From Bugula neritina (taxonomy: Eukaryota; Animalia; Bryozoa), in contig OZ037767.1 in assembly GCA_964035545.1 (NCBI GenBank), forward strand, positions 29,776,628-29,840,627: 64,000 nt of DNA, given 5' to 3'. The notes beneath the pieces were generated by a model that was not told where the DNA came from, did no database searches, and saw only the letters and a list, made by a program, of their open reading frames with translations. The translations under genes and the position numbers were made by a program. Positions 47,148-60,160 of the stretch are shown in pieces; the stretch's first letter is position 1, and every line of letters starts with the position of its first letter.

Positions 47148-49703
47148 CTCAGCGCTAGATTAACTCTTCAGGTATTTTAATTCTGAACACTGATATTTAA
47201 ATTTTTAGCCAATGCTCTGTTTATTGTTGTTGTGATTGGTTAAAGAGAGTCCTTCGCATACTGCAAAATGTTCTTTATTCAAATGAGAATTCAAGTTGGG
47301 TTGAGGCTGTACTATCTTTGACCGTTATCAGAAATTAGGAGCTTATCAATACTATTATGATTAAATGTAAGGTTGAGATACTTCAGGAATTGTCTTATCT
47401 TAACTCTATTGCTTTTAGACCACACCTCTTGTGTGCAACAGCAGATATCCTAAGAGTTGTTTTCTCTTTCGTGTAGACGTGCAGATAACTCTGAATGTAT
47501 CGACTAAAAATAGAAAATTAGCTAAAAAGGCCTTAGCAGCCCCTGCTTAAGCTATGCATAACTACCAGTGAAATAAATATATTAGCTAGTTTTAAATACG
47601 AAGCTTGACTTTTAGCTTATCCAGCGTTTTAAAAGAAAAATGAACGGCATATTTCACATCTTTCTTGGCCTTGGTCCATAGGAGAGGTTAGCAATTGTCA
47701 CTAACTGTTAATTGTGCGGTTTGAAAATGCATTTTTTTATTTTAGTGGTTCTCTTAGTACGACCATACTCTACCGCAGTTCAATTATATTCTGTTCTATC
47801 GTCTCCCCTGCCACCATGTCTCATATGCTCTACCTGATCATAATTGGTACTGCATTAAAGGCTCCAAACACTTTGTATTTGCATATATATGTAAATATTA
47901 GAGTCCACAAACATGAAATATTTTTTATCATATTTGGTTGCGACATTATAGTGTCTAATCTAACTTTTGAACTAAAGCCATGCTGAATAACACAGAGCTC
48001 TCTTACTAATTACAATCTGAACGCCATGTATGCCTGAATTATAAGTCAAGCTTGAAATATCAAGTCAATACTTTATGAATAAAATCTAAACGATATATTT
48101 GATGAAATATGAAAAACATATTTTCTGGCCAGGAAACACTTAATGGCTTAGATAAGGGCTATTACTGTTAATGTATTGAAAATACAGCTTGATATTGTGA
48201 GTGGTAATCAATATTGATATAGCAGCGAAATACATGCATACAGTATATAATTGACGTGATTATTATATGCACGATTAATGATTGTTATATGTTCTCACTA
48301 TACTTGGCATTGCATTGTTCACTTGGGACTGGCTAATAAAGTGAATAATAAAGTATTCCACATCAAAAGTATTTGGGCTTTTATATCTACACTGATTATT
48401 CATTTTCCCTGCTACACAATTCTGTGTTAGGACTATATACCTGATTCGGTCATTCACCCAGTGTCAGCTGGTGCTGAAGCAGTGTGGCTTCCACTTATCA
48501 AGTAAGTTGAATATTTATCAATAGAAATCATAAACAAGTTTGCTCTTGTGTATCTTTATAAGCATATTGCTTTTGTTAAAATATGTTTAGTAGCTGCATA
48601 TATAAGTGAAAAGTATTGGTGATTTGTATTTGAAAAGTTTTGATTTTAAATTTTGTGATAGCATCAAGATCATACCGATAACTTCATAGGCTACATGACA
48701 TCATCTCAACAGATAGGGACATCAACAGGTATATACTAACTACTATATCAACAAGTAGGTTAAAAGCAATATGGTGAGAGCAAACGAAATAGTGTGTAAA
48801 CAGTAAACACTGATTCCAATTATAATGAGTGACTCAACTACATTCTGTATGAATTTTGTACAACACAAACATTGGATGACGCAACAGACTTGTTTGTCTA
48901 CTAAGTAATATGCTGGTAGAATTATATTTTAACCTGTATTGGATAAGCTGTAGCTACTGGTGAACAAGAAAGTGAAAGAACTTAGGCTATCTCAATTTTC
49001 CACTGCATGATTGCACCTAACTAAAAACATTTAAGTGCAGGTTTTGTGGCTTTTGAAAATGCAGTTTATCAGCATTCATTTTGACTGACCAAATTGCCTT
49101 GGTTAGCCAGTGCACCAAATCAAGAGACCCAACTCTAATATAAGAAATGAAGCTATGTCAGAACTGGTTAATAGTACAAAAGTATATATAAAGCCCACTT
49201 CCCATATATCACATTACAGTTACTGCCATGTTATTGCTGCTAAAGCAATCAAAGTGCATATCTATGACTAAAAGTCCATAGTGATTGGTTGAGCAGTTGC
49301 TGATAGATTTAACGGCCATGATTGGGATACAAACAGAATGTGAGAAGTCCCATTAGTTGGCAAAAGTAACAAGTTTAGTAGGCGTTGGGCTAGTTTTAAA
49401 ACTTAATTTTACTAATTTTGAACCGTTCAGAGAAGTGCCTGAGTGAGCATTATTAATAGGAAATTTAAAAGTCAAAACATATGATTTGGGGGTGAGTGTT
49501 TAATACTAATGCTGTCCATAATCTTTTGCTTCGTTTCTGATTCAAAATGAGTAACAATTCCATAATGTAAGTCAATGATAATAATATATTGCAATAAAAT
49601 AGTAATTTATTTAATGCAATACAGGTGTAAGATCTCTTGTAAAATGGTTTTTGAAAAGTCATGTGATATTAAAGGCAGGTGCTCCTTTTAGCCTTTAAAC
49701 ACT

Positions 49704-49869
49704 TAGGGGCAGTAGTGAAGAAATTGAGATAGCCTAAGCCCTAAGTTCTTCAATTTGCTTTTTAAATTTTAGTTTGGGCTAGGTGAAATTTTCTCGCGAG
49801 CATAACTTCTTTTGTCACATTTCTAATCTAGAACACAGGCTTTTCTCAATTTCTCCATTACTGCACCTA
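49704..49869. mobile_element. Degraded short TIR element (TAGG...CCTA ends); related orphan end at ~48980-49019
   Basis: TAGGGGCAGTAGTGAAGAAATTGAGATAGCC is approximately the reverse complement of GGCTTTTCTCAATTTCTCCATTACTGCACCTA. Confidence 0.55.
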
Positions 49870-50500
49870 CCACTCTATAAGGTTGCATTTATTAAATGAT
49901 AAATTTGCTTAAATTTTATTTCTTCTATCATTTTTGTAGAATATATTAGAGTTGATTTTAGTTACATTTCGTTTACAAGAACAATGATAACAGTATATGA
50001 GTTAAAATTTAATTTCGAATGCATATGGAATAGTATGCTTCACCGTGACTCTCAATAATTTATTGATGAGCTTGTCTACTCATACACAGATCCTTGCTTG
50101 CTAAGTAATCAAATCAACAATGATTAAATACATGCCAACAGAAGAGCTCAATTGTTCCCATATCCTCAAGTAATGAGGTGTAGCCAACAGGTAGAAAGTC
50201 CATACACTCGGAGTCTAATTAACTATTGTTTGTGCAGTAATTAATACAATAGACTGTGTTTGTGTCTATTAGCATGCGAGATGTCTGTGTGTAAAGTGAC
50301 ACCATTGATAATTTCTGATTGATTTTCAACCTTAGATTGCTTGGCTTATATTTACAAAGCTTAGCTGAACAAATTAAACTTTATTAGATAGGATGAGTAG
50401 TTTGCATCTGAAGGCTGTAAATGTTTACCTAAAGGTTAGCAGCTGTTGTTTCTTGTCACAGCATAGGAAGAATTCTAAAAAGCATACAGTCAAGCTTTTT

Positions 50501-50787
50501 CTGACGCCAGTCATACTCTCTGCTGACACCGGTCTTACTCTCTGCTGACACCAGTCATACTCTCTGCTGACACCACTCATACTCTCTGCTGACACCACTC
50601 ATATTCTCTGCTGACACCAGTCATACTCTCTACTGACACCACTCATACTCTCTACTGACACTCATACTCTCTACTGACACTCATACTCTCTACTGACACC
50701 GGTCTTACTCTCTACTGACACCAGTCATACTCTCTACTGACACCGGTCATACTCTCTGCTGACACTCATACTCTCTACTGACACTCG
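50501..50787. repeat. 22-bp minisatellite (ctgacaccagtcatactctctr)n with 18-bp variants
   Basis: About 13-14 tandem units. Confidence 0.95.
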
Positions 50788-51600
50788 GAGCTGCCAATGA
50801 AACAACTGCTGTCTACTAAAATTAAAACACAGAGGTTGAGCCAACAAGTCTTTTGTCTGAAAAAAGCTATTGAAAGCTTGCTATATGTTATAGTAATCAC
50901 TCTTATAAACACTTCAACTTAGTGTCTGTTTCTCTCTGTCAAACATATGCAAGCTAGTCTTCTCATCTGTGTGTTTGGTTTGTGGAATTTATAAATATAA
51001 ACTCTGAATATAAATTTGAACTTTGAAAAATGTGTTTATAAAGTTGATAAACAGGGTACAATTGTAACAGTTTTGTTGAAAACTCTGTTTTACCTTACAG
51101 TTGAAAGCTGTTTGCAGTAGTAACTAGTAACCAAAACACCACAGTACTTAAATGTAACAATATAAATATTAATCACTTAATTTGTTAGGAAACAAATCAT
51201 TTGAAAGTAATTCTGTCCCTTGGCAATACTAAACTGATCTTTTATGGGAACACAAGGTGAATAAAAACAGAGATAAGGCTAACGTTGTTATGCCACATAA
51301 TCACTTCAAGAGCTTCTTAGAAGCATAATAGCCATATCGGCAATTTGAACTTTTTAAGCCTCTCTAGCATAAACAAATTTTTATTTAGAATATATATAAG
51401 CAAGCAAAATTTAAACCCAATTTTAGACTTCAATAAAGCAAAGTTTTGCATTCATTTTAAATAGGCAGCAAAATGGGACTTTTTGGTGTGAATTTTATGG
51501 AATATGTATACATGAACATGTGAATATATTATACATATATGAGTATATACATGTACATAATACTTGCACATATCCCACATTGCAGCACCATGTGAAGAAA

Positions 51601-54589
51601 ATGCATTCTCTCCAGTATAAGGGCATTGCTGCTATTACTATGAATATAATGGTGCTGATGGAAGTGTACAACTGTCACGCTGTCACAGTTAAAGGCAGCA
51701 CCATCTACAAGTCTTTTCCCCTCACCAGTACTTCTGTAGCTCAAGGTGAGTTCTTTGACAATTCATCGATTAATTCATATAGTTTGATTTTTATGAAGAA
51801 AAACCGTTGATTTCAACAAAAAGTTGGCACCTGTGACTAATGCACCATTTTACTCGCCTATAAAATATTGGAACTTCTTTGCACTACTTAGATGTTATAT
51901 TTTTAGTATACAAGTTAGCCTACTTTGTGCATTTAAGTCAAGCATTTGATGGTACGTATCATTTATTGTCAACAATTGGTTAACTTTGCAGGTACCCACC
52001 AAATAAATGTGACGAATCACACTCAATATTACAAGCAAGTAAAAAATAACTCAATGAATGTACCAGTTATAGAGGAAGAGTTAACCAATCAGAATGTAAC
52101 GCCATTATTTTCATCCACAATGACTACCAACATTCCAGCAACAGCAGGCTTCTCAGGTGAACTGGCAACTCAGTAAAATTATCAACTATACTATCACTTC
52201 GAGAATAAAAATAGACGTGTATTAGAAGTTGCCTTACCATGAATTGAACAGCCATATTAGTAGGAGTAGGAAGTATCTGTTTCTATCAAAGTAGTAAACA
52301 ACTTTTTGAAAATATAAAATATAACAGAGGAAATTAAAAAAGTTTCCAGATAATTATTCATCAAGATTTACGTTTTAGCTTGTTATGTTTTGACATTGCT
52401 TTAGCTTTTGCTTAAAAAATAGAGTATGAGATGATAGCTACAATAAGCACAGCTATGACAGAGAGTAGCTATTTTTCAGAACTAACTGCAGCGTATTGCC
52501 AGAAATGTTGTCATTTTGTATATTCACATTTTTCTACAATGAGGCGCAGATGTGTCTGGCGGTGGTGCCTGCATATTTTCTTCTGCAAAAAACTAATCGA
52601 GTTGGATTGAGTCATCAACATCAAACAATTTTTTTTCTACTGTTTGTCTTGAAGCAGTAGCATACAGATATATGCAACTATATAGTAATGTATTTTCAAA
52701 TATACTCAGCCATGATGAACTTGAGTGGCGAATCATAATTTGTGATAAACTTCTGATTAAAAATAATCACAGGCTTATAAAAGTATAATTTTTACTTATA
52801 TTTATATTTCACCTAACTAATACAAATGTAGTTCAGCTATTGAAAATACTTATTTTGCGTTTATTTCTAAAACTATCAAATTATCACAATGTATCATTGT
52901 AAGTTGATTTCATACAGAAATATTTTTCCCCATATTTTGTTTTAAAATTGACAACTTTTAGCAAATGCTTCACATTTTACTTCCTGATAATTTGCATTAG
53001 ATTATATATAGAGCATTTTCATAGTGTAGCTTGTAAAACAACTAGTTATATATACCTATATGGTTACTGTGTATATATAAGTGTTTGTCATTATTTATAT
53101 GCATGTATTTCCAGCCTGGTCTGAAACTATAACCAATGTGATCATCATGGCTTTCCTGGGAGGAGTAATCTGTAAATATCTTAAAGTTACCAAAGTGGTC
53201 AGGTTTGTATACATTCTACTCTTGACTAATTCTACTTAGTATTGCATAATATCACAATATTATGATAATCATATATCCTAACAGAACTGGGTCTGTTGGT
53301 TTGAGCTTCTCAACAATCACACATGGTGTTGTTGCTCTATATAGTATGTATTACAAATATAAACGAATAAGCTTTGAACAAAACTATATTATTTACACAT
53401 CACAGCTAACATAAGCCATAAAAACAGGTTCTAAACTGAATAATATGTTATAAATTTGGAGCAATTTTATGAGTTTAGAGGCTTATAATAAAGTTTTGTA
53501 TAACACTGGGGATTAGTTATAATGTCATTGGTGTATGTGATTATTACGAATATCTTCTGCCCCATTGGTTTATATAAAAAGTGTGAAACTTAGTATTATT
53601 TATTATGTTTAATGCTTGCAAACGTGAATTCAAAATCTAAAGGGCTCTTTTAGGTTTATTGAAAATATTTACTTAATATTACGCTTCTATGATATTTTGT
53701 TACGTAGATGTTACTTGTTATGATGGCAAGTGACGTAGGATGTGAAGATAAACAACTCAATGTATTAGTAATTTAATACTTGTTTACACAAATATATATT
53801 TTACGTTAGACTTGTCAATAAACACTATGTGTCTACAGCTTATAACATTAGTTAATGAATTTACACATGCAGACAAATTGCACTCTTACAAAAGACTGCT
53901 TATATGAAAAGCAGTCTTTCTCCTTTCTCTTTATCTGTGTGTAAAACATGACGAGGTAACTCCAATACAAGGAAACATCCCTGTAACATGTGACTGTGTT
54001 CACTTTAGCCTTGGTTACCTATTCTTATATTCTGAATTTGATGTGTTTTAGAAATTTGACACTAGCAGCACAAGAGGCTTTATCTAAACCAAAGGCTAGT
54101 CATAATGATACAGTAGAAGAGGAAAGTGTTGAAGACAGCAGACCTCTAACAAATGATCTAGCTAACACTCCCTCCATAGTTATTCATGATGCAACCGGTT
54201 CAACATACAGCTGTGTAACCTGCAATCATAACATGCATTCCTCACAAACTACTGATGTTCACAGTAACTCTAGAAAGCCTGAAAACCAGACATTAACTGC
54301 TCACAACCCAATATATGAGTTCCGTAAGACCTCTCAGTCGCTGGGAGGCAGATCTCAGTCTACCCCGGTGTTATGCAAATTGACAAATGATCATCACTTA
54401 ACTTATGAGATTATAGATAATATTCAGCCACCTGATAGGTGCAATCGTACCGAGTCAGCTGACCAACAGCATTCTAGTGGAGGAACTTCAAGGGAGTGCA
54501 ACTCCAACTCTAAAAGTTCAATAAATATGCAACAAGACAATGTAGAAAGCTTGACTAGTGATAGGGAAGCAGATTCTGAGTCTATATGA
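51601..54589 (+). CDS. Putative single-pass membrane glycoprotein with tyrosine-motif cytoplasmic tail (~311 aa minimal model)
   Basis: Phase-compatible exons 51601-51745 (signal-like), 51992-52156 (Thr/Asn-rich, four N-X-S/T sequons), 53115-53202 (hydrophobic ITNVIIMAFLGGVIC then basic residues), 54052-54589. Extra small exons near 53285-53960 are possible. Confidence 0.55.
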
Positions 54590-55097
54590 ATTTTAAACTC
54601 GCATAATATAATCTGTGAGAATTGGCATGATGCATTTGGTAAGCTTACGGTAATGAGATTGTATGCAATCTGAAAAGCATATGGCATTTGTCTGTTGATC
54701 TCTTCAAGTGTTACAATTTGTTACTTATATTCAGTATTTGTAAAAATATATAAAGTACTAAAACACTGGTTTGGGTATTGCACATGATTTAAAACTTTGG
54801 CCATTTGACTTTGCTAAAATACAAGAACTACAAAAATAAAGCTAATAAATGGTTCCAAAAGAATTCAAGTTAATAAGCATATAGAAAATAATTTCAAAAA
54901 ATAATACGCAGAAATTGAAAAGTATAACATATTTAGAAAGTTTGTTACAAGGCTGATTAAACATTTTAACAAGACTTTAATTAATCTACTTGAACTAAAG
55001 AATAATAAACTTCTATTATTATAGTTGACATCTGGTAAAAACTTAGTATTGGACATTATAGATATAATATAGTGGTGAGCTATAAAATATTAAAGGT

Positions 55098-55590
55098 TAT
55101 CTGCTACTATATTATCACATATTGATCTATGCAGGACTAGCTATGCAATATGACACACATGAGCATAGCATTAGCTATGCATTGCTGCCCCCAAATTCTA
55201 TTATGAAAACTCAACTACATACACATAGATGTGTGTCCCTCTTATCTGGCGCTACTAAAGGAGGGGGGGGTTGAGGCTACACGTTCATGTGTATGTCGCA
55301 TAGTTTTAATCCAATGATAAAATCAGACTTGTTTTATAAGCAGCTCGGAGTTTGGGGTGATAAGTGCAATATTTTAAAACTCTCGAAGTTGGAGTTACAG
55401 GGCCCCCAACTTCTAACTCAAAAATTTCAAACTATTGCACTCAATTAACCCCAACTTCGAAATGCTTATAGAATGATTCTAGAATTTGGGCGCAGCAATG
55501 CAAAGCCATGCCAACAGCTAATGTGTATCATATTACATAGTTAGTCCTGCATAGAGCAATAAGTGAATATGTAACAATAGTAGCAGATAG
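55098..55590. mobile_element. Foldback/MITE-like element with ~100-bp imperfect TIRs and an internal palindrome
   Basis: 55098-55201 is inverted at 55479-55590. A nested inverted repeat 55337-55470 is centred on GGGCCC. Confidence 0.7.
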
Positions 55591-55599
55591 TCTTTCATG

Positions 55600-56210
55600 A
55601 GAGTGACTAAAATGGGTGACTAAGTCATACAGACTAAGTTAAACTTAGAAGTAGGTCAAAAACTATTTCATTCACTATGTGTATGACTATGAGTATGAGT
55701 ATGACTATAACTTAACTTATATTTATAACTTACAAGTTATAACAATTAATGAATTATAAGATTAAGCTATAACATAATGAACATTAACTATAACAGTATA
55801 ACTATAAGTATTAGTATAACTTATAAAACTAAGTACAACTTAATTTAATAGTAATACTAATATAAATATTTATATTAATGCTGATAGTGATACTGGTAGT
55901 TATAATATTTATTAACATTCACTAATTTTAGTAATTTAGAAATTGAAAGTTTTAATTTCATACTCATAGTCATAGTGATAGTCATTGAGTCATACTAATT
56001 TTCATAGTCATAGTGAGAGTCGTATTGATAGTTATACTGATACTCAGTACTCCGCATAAGTATTAGTATCAGTATAAGTATCACTGCATCAGTATCAATG
56101 TCACTATGACTATCAGTATCAGTCACTGATAGTGATACTATCAGTGATGTAGTATCAGTATCACTATCAGTATGAGTATGATGCTTCTACTGATACTGAT
56201 AGTGATAATC
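55600..56210. repeat. Degenerate hexamer-repeat region (ATGACT/ATGAGT/AGTATC) with inverted blocks
   Basis: 6-nt periodicity; blocks occur in both orientations. Confidence 0.65.
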
Positions 56211-56621
56211 TATTCCTAACTAAAAGGTAAAGACATCGCCGTTGCGAAATTGAATTTGAATATCAATTTGAATTACTAAATCATTAAATATCAAATTCAA
56301 TATAAATATTTATATCAATACAGTGAATATGTAAATACCATTAAGTATGAATATAATTGATAATTATAAAATTAAAATTTTTCATATTTAAAATTTATTG
56401 AAGATTTACTTTAGAAATAGATTTATACTCATATTGATATTGATATTGATCTTACTATTCATTTTGCAGATATAAATATAAAAATATTAACCATTTTTAT
56501 CATGATTAACTTAAACTAAATGTGAAACATGAGATAAAAGTCTAGTATTGATGATGTATTGTGATTCGTATTGCATTCTTTCATCTTAATTTGTGTTATG
56601 TTGTTTTTTTATTTATAGAGA

Positions 56622-59600
56622 ATGAGGCAGAAAACTATTTCTGTATATTTATTTGTCCCCGTTGTAATGCTTTTGATATATATATGGCATCTTGTCTCCA
56701 AAACTTCTCCAGCCCTACCAATGGGTATGTCTAGCTATTGCATAATATTCTAAACTATTTACCGTGTCGTGTCATATATAACTAGATCATTTCAGCGGTT
56801 AGTGTTGTGAAAATTGTAAACTTTCCAAGTGGCAATCATACTTTTTGTTAACAATGATCCATAAGATTAGCTATTCTTCCTCTTTATGATTTTCTCAAGA
56901 TGGTATTATTATATGCAATATATATTATATGTATATTCTATATTATATAATATATTTTAATATATCTAATCAGTGTCTGTTGTCATCCACTGCAATGTTT
57001 GTGTATTTAAAGCATTCTCAAAACCAGGACTGACCAGGTGGAGTATAAATAGCACCAAGAATGAGTTCTATGTAATTACTATGCTTTCCCTTTATACTGG
57101 TAAGCTTCTTTTTATTTAATAAACTGTCTTTTTTAACTCTTTGCTAAGTTGAATATTTTTTTTATTAAGTATAAACTTTGATTCCCTTCTCTTATTGTTA
57201 TTTTCTGATAACAGAAAACAGTAAGATAGGCTAGCACAAATCAGGTACTAAAGTTTTTTGTTTAAATCTACACGACCATACAATGTTGAATAAACCACAC
57301 CTGTTGAGATTGTAAATAAGTAGGAAAGCATACCATACATTGCCATGTGTTATTGTATACATTGTATGTATGTCAGGTCATAAATGGCCTGGTTATGAAA
57401 GATTCACAGTAGAAGAATTAAATGAAAGAGACAATGAATACCTCCTGGCACTGGAGTCTAATATTAATCATCCTTTGATAAAAGAAGTTCACTTGTTCTA
57501 TACAGAAGAAGAAGCTCTAACAGTATGTCTTCACTTCACAGACAGGATTATTCTTACATAGTATTATTTTGTTTTTCTTTAGCCAAATTTATATTTGTTG
57601 AGAAAATCTAGAATTTTAAAAGTTGAGAAAAGGGAGATGACTCACTATTATGTAAAGTTTGATTGAATTATCGAAAGCTGTTGGCCATTTTCTTCTACTT
57701 CAATTGTAATTTTTCTCTCTAAATTAAGTTAATTGCTAATTTATTTCCTTCTCTTTCTTCACAGGTTGTTAAGCAACAGAAATTTCGTAATCAAGATAAG
57801 ATAATTCCAGTTAAAACAGAACGAAGAATTCATATGATGGATTTCTTCTATTATGCATCTAAACATCTATTGGATAAAACAATTATAGCTTTAAATGGAG
57901 ATATAGGTAATGATTTTGTTCTTTTCTGTGTGAATGTAGTATGGGTACTCTTAGTTATAACTGCTGCAGGCCATTTCTTGTAGTTGTCTCTCCTAGTCAG
58001 CTAGTGTGTTAGGTTCCGCTCGTCCCAGGAGTACCCTGCTAGTACTTTAGAAAAGAGTATCGGTTGCTTTGTCTGTTTGCAACATTTCTCAAGGTATATT
58101 CAATAATAGAGTACTGTTATAGCATGTCAAATGATGTTGCAGTGTAAAGCACAGTTGGTAGTGTTTGAAACTCTCTGGACTCTCTAATGGCGATCATAGG
58201 CTTAAAAAGTTGCGAAACACGGTTTCAGAGTAATCTTTTCTTGCCAAATCTCTTGAAGATATTTTTATACATTTTATATGATTTCAGTGGTTGGCGAAGG
58301 TTTTGACATCATAGACACTGTCAAGTTGCGAGACAATCGTGTTCTGTACAGTTTGACTAGACACGGACACCAAAGAGGAAACTGCACTGTTGAGAATTAT
58401 TGTCTGGATAAAAAGTACCAAGGTAGGAGTCATTCTGTTTTCAGTTCTCCCGCAACTACTTTGACTGGTGCATAAGAAACTTTTGTGAAACTCATTAATT
58501 ATATCAAGTGTTGTCCTCCCTTGAAAATATAAGTATTAGGCAGACAACTTCTAGTTATTAAACTCTGTTGCTTGTAAGAATTAAACCTAATTTATGTAGA
58601 TAAGAAAGAAGCAAGCTACTATTCTATGACACTGTAACCCATAAACCTGTTGGTGTGTTCAGTTACTGTGGCTTCTTCACTTATCTATAAAATCGGTGAA
58701 TTGTATTAAAAACTAAAACTATCAAAAATCTTGTTTATTACATAATTTACAGATAAACTATACGTTGGCCTATATTGATGAATTTTTTTTAACCCAATGC
58801 ATAGGGCATTTCTAACCAAATGCCTTTTTGGCATAAAAATAATTTAGTTCCCAAGTGACTTATGTTTCTAAGTGACTTTCGTTCCCCAATAATTATGTTT
58901 TCTTTGAACAGGATCTCATGATACACATGTGTTTCATTTGGCTCAACCATTAGATCACAAAATACTGCTCAAACTGGACTATCCTATCAATATGTGGCAA
59001 GCTGAAAATGGTATGTATTTTGCATCGGACCTCATTTCCTTTTCTTTGCTGTATGTTTTTTACTACCTAGCATGCATGCATGTTCGCTATAGCATTGCAA
59101 CTTATTTATCTTAAATGTTGTGTATGATATTTATAAAATAATGAGTTATAATATAACATGGCTATGTTGATACATTCATAGAATATGTCGAATATTTGTT
59201 AAATACAATTTAGCTGAAGACCCTGTAACTAAAATAGAAGGCATAGTTCGAAAGTAGTTTAAAGTGGACTAAACACACAAGAATTTTGTTTCTCGTAAAG
59301 ATGGAACGTTAAATATCTAAGCATGTGCCTGGAAAAAACCTGACCTAGTTTAATCCACTTTGTTTGCTGATGTCCTGCTCATGGTTTTGCTCAAAAAAGC
59401 TTAGTGTTGTCTCCTCTACACACTTTACCACATATAATGATTGAATAAAATTTGATTTACTTGTAGGCATGTTGGGTGTGTTTCAAAATGATTTGAATTT
59501 TACGCTACATAACCCGTGTCGTGTCCTAAAAACCTACCACCATCATTGTTCTCATGTGCACAAGCAAGGGGCGCACAACTCTATAAAGGATCCTCCCTAT

Positions 59601-59657
59601 AACTTTCTACATTCTCAGCTTGCTAAATCGCCACCTGCTGGCACTCTACTCTATTAA
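56622..59657 (+). CDS. Type II membrane protein, putative GT-A-fold glycosyltransferase-like (~300 aa)
   Basis: Seven exons 56622-56724, 57013-57099, 57377-57522, 57765-57906, 58288-58422, 58912-59010, 59467-59657 give a 903-nt open frame. N-terminal anchor ISVYLFVPVVMLLIYIW. Motifs ALNGDI, YSLTRH, GSHDTHVF, NPC..LKTYHHHCS. The exon structure is firm; the function is inferred. Confidence 0.8.
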
Positions 59658-60160
59658 TTGTTACTTTTTATATAGGTTTATACTTTTATTCAAGCCACCA
59701 GTCTGTAAGCTGTCTTTTTCTATCAACTAACTTGTTTCTGACATTTTATGCAATCATAAGACCCCCCTCAGCTTTCAACTGAATCCCAGTCTATTGTGAT
59801 ATGTTTATACTTGACTTAGACTCTCATTGTTTTAGCTTAAGTTCTGTAATTTTTTTTGTAATCTCTTACTGTGCATTCCACTGACTTGCGTTATCCCTGA
59901 CCAAATTTTTCTACATATTATTTTGTATTTGTATGCTGGGCATTCCCCTAATCAAATTACTGCTCCCAGGTATGATTATAATGAAATTTTTTGATGACTA
60001 TTGTATTTAAAAAATATGTATTTATACTCGACTAGTGACCCACTTTTAATGTAATAAAATAACTGAATAAAATCTTTTTAGAAATGGTTATCATAAATTA
60101 GTATAAATAACAGCAACATATGACTTTAGGAATATGTTAGTATAAAAAGAGGTTAGTGTC

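Noticed and set aside
50501-50787. CRISPR-like appearance of regularly spaced repeats (also 61265-61420, 62428-62565)
   Set aside because: Head-to-tail units with no unique spacers, a eukaryotic context and no cas genes. These are ordinary minisatellites.
59212-59265. CTGAAGA...CGAAA hammerhead-ribozyme-like core
   Set aside because: The bases that should close stem II are C and C, and no convincing stems I or III are visible.
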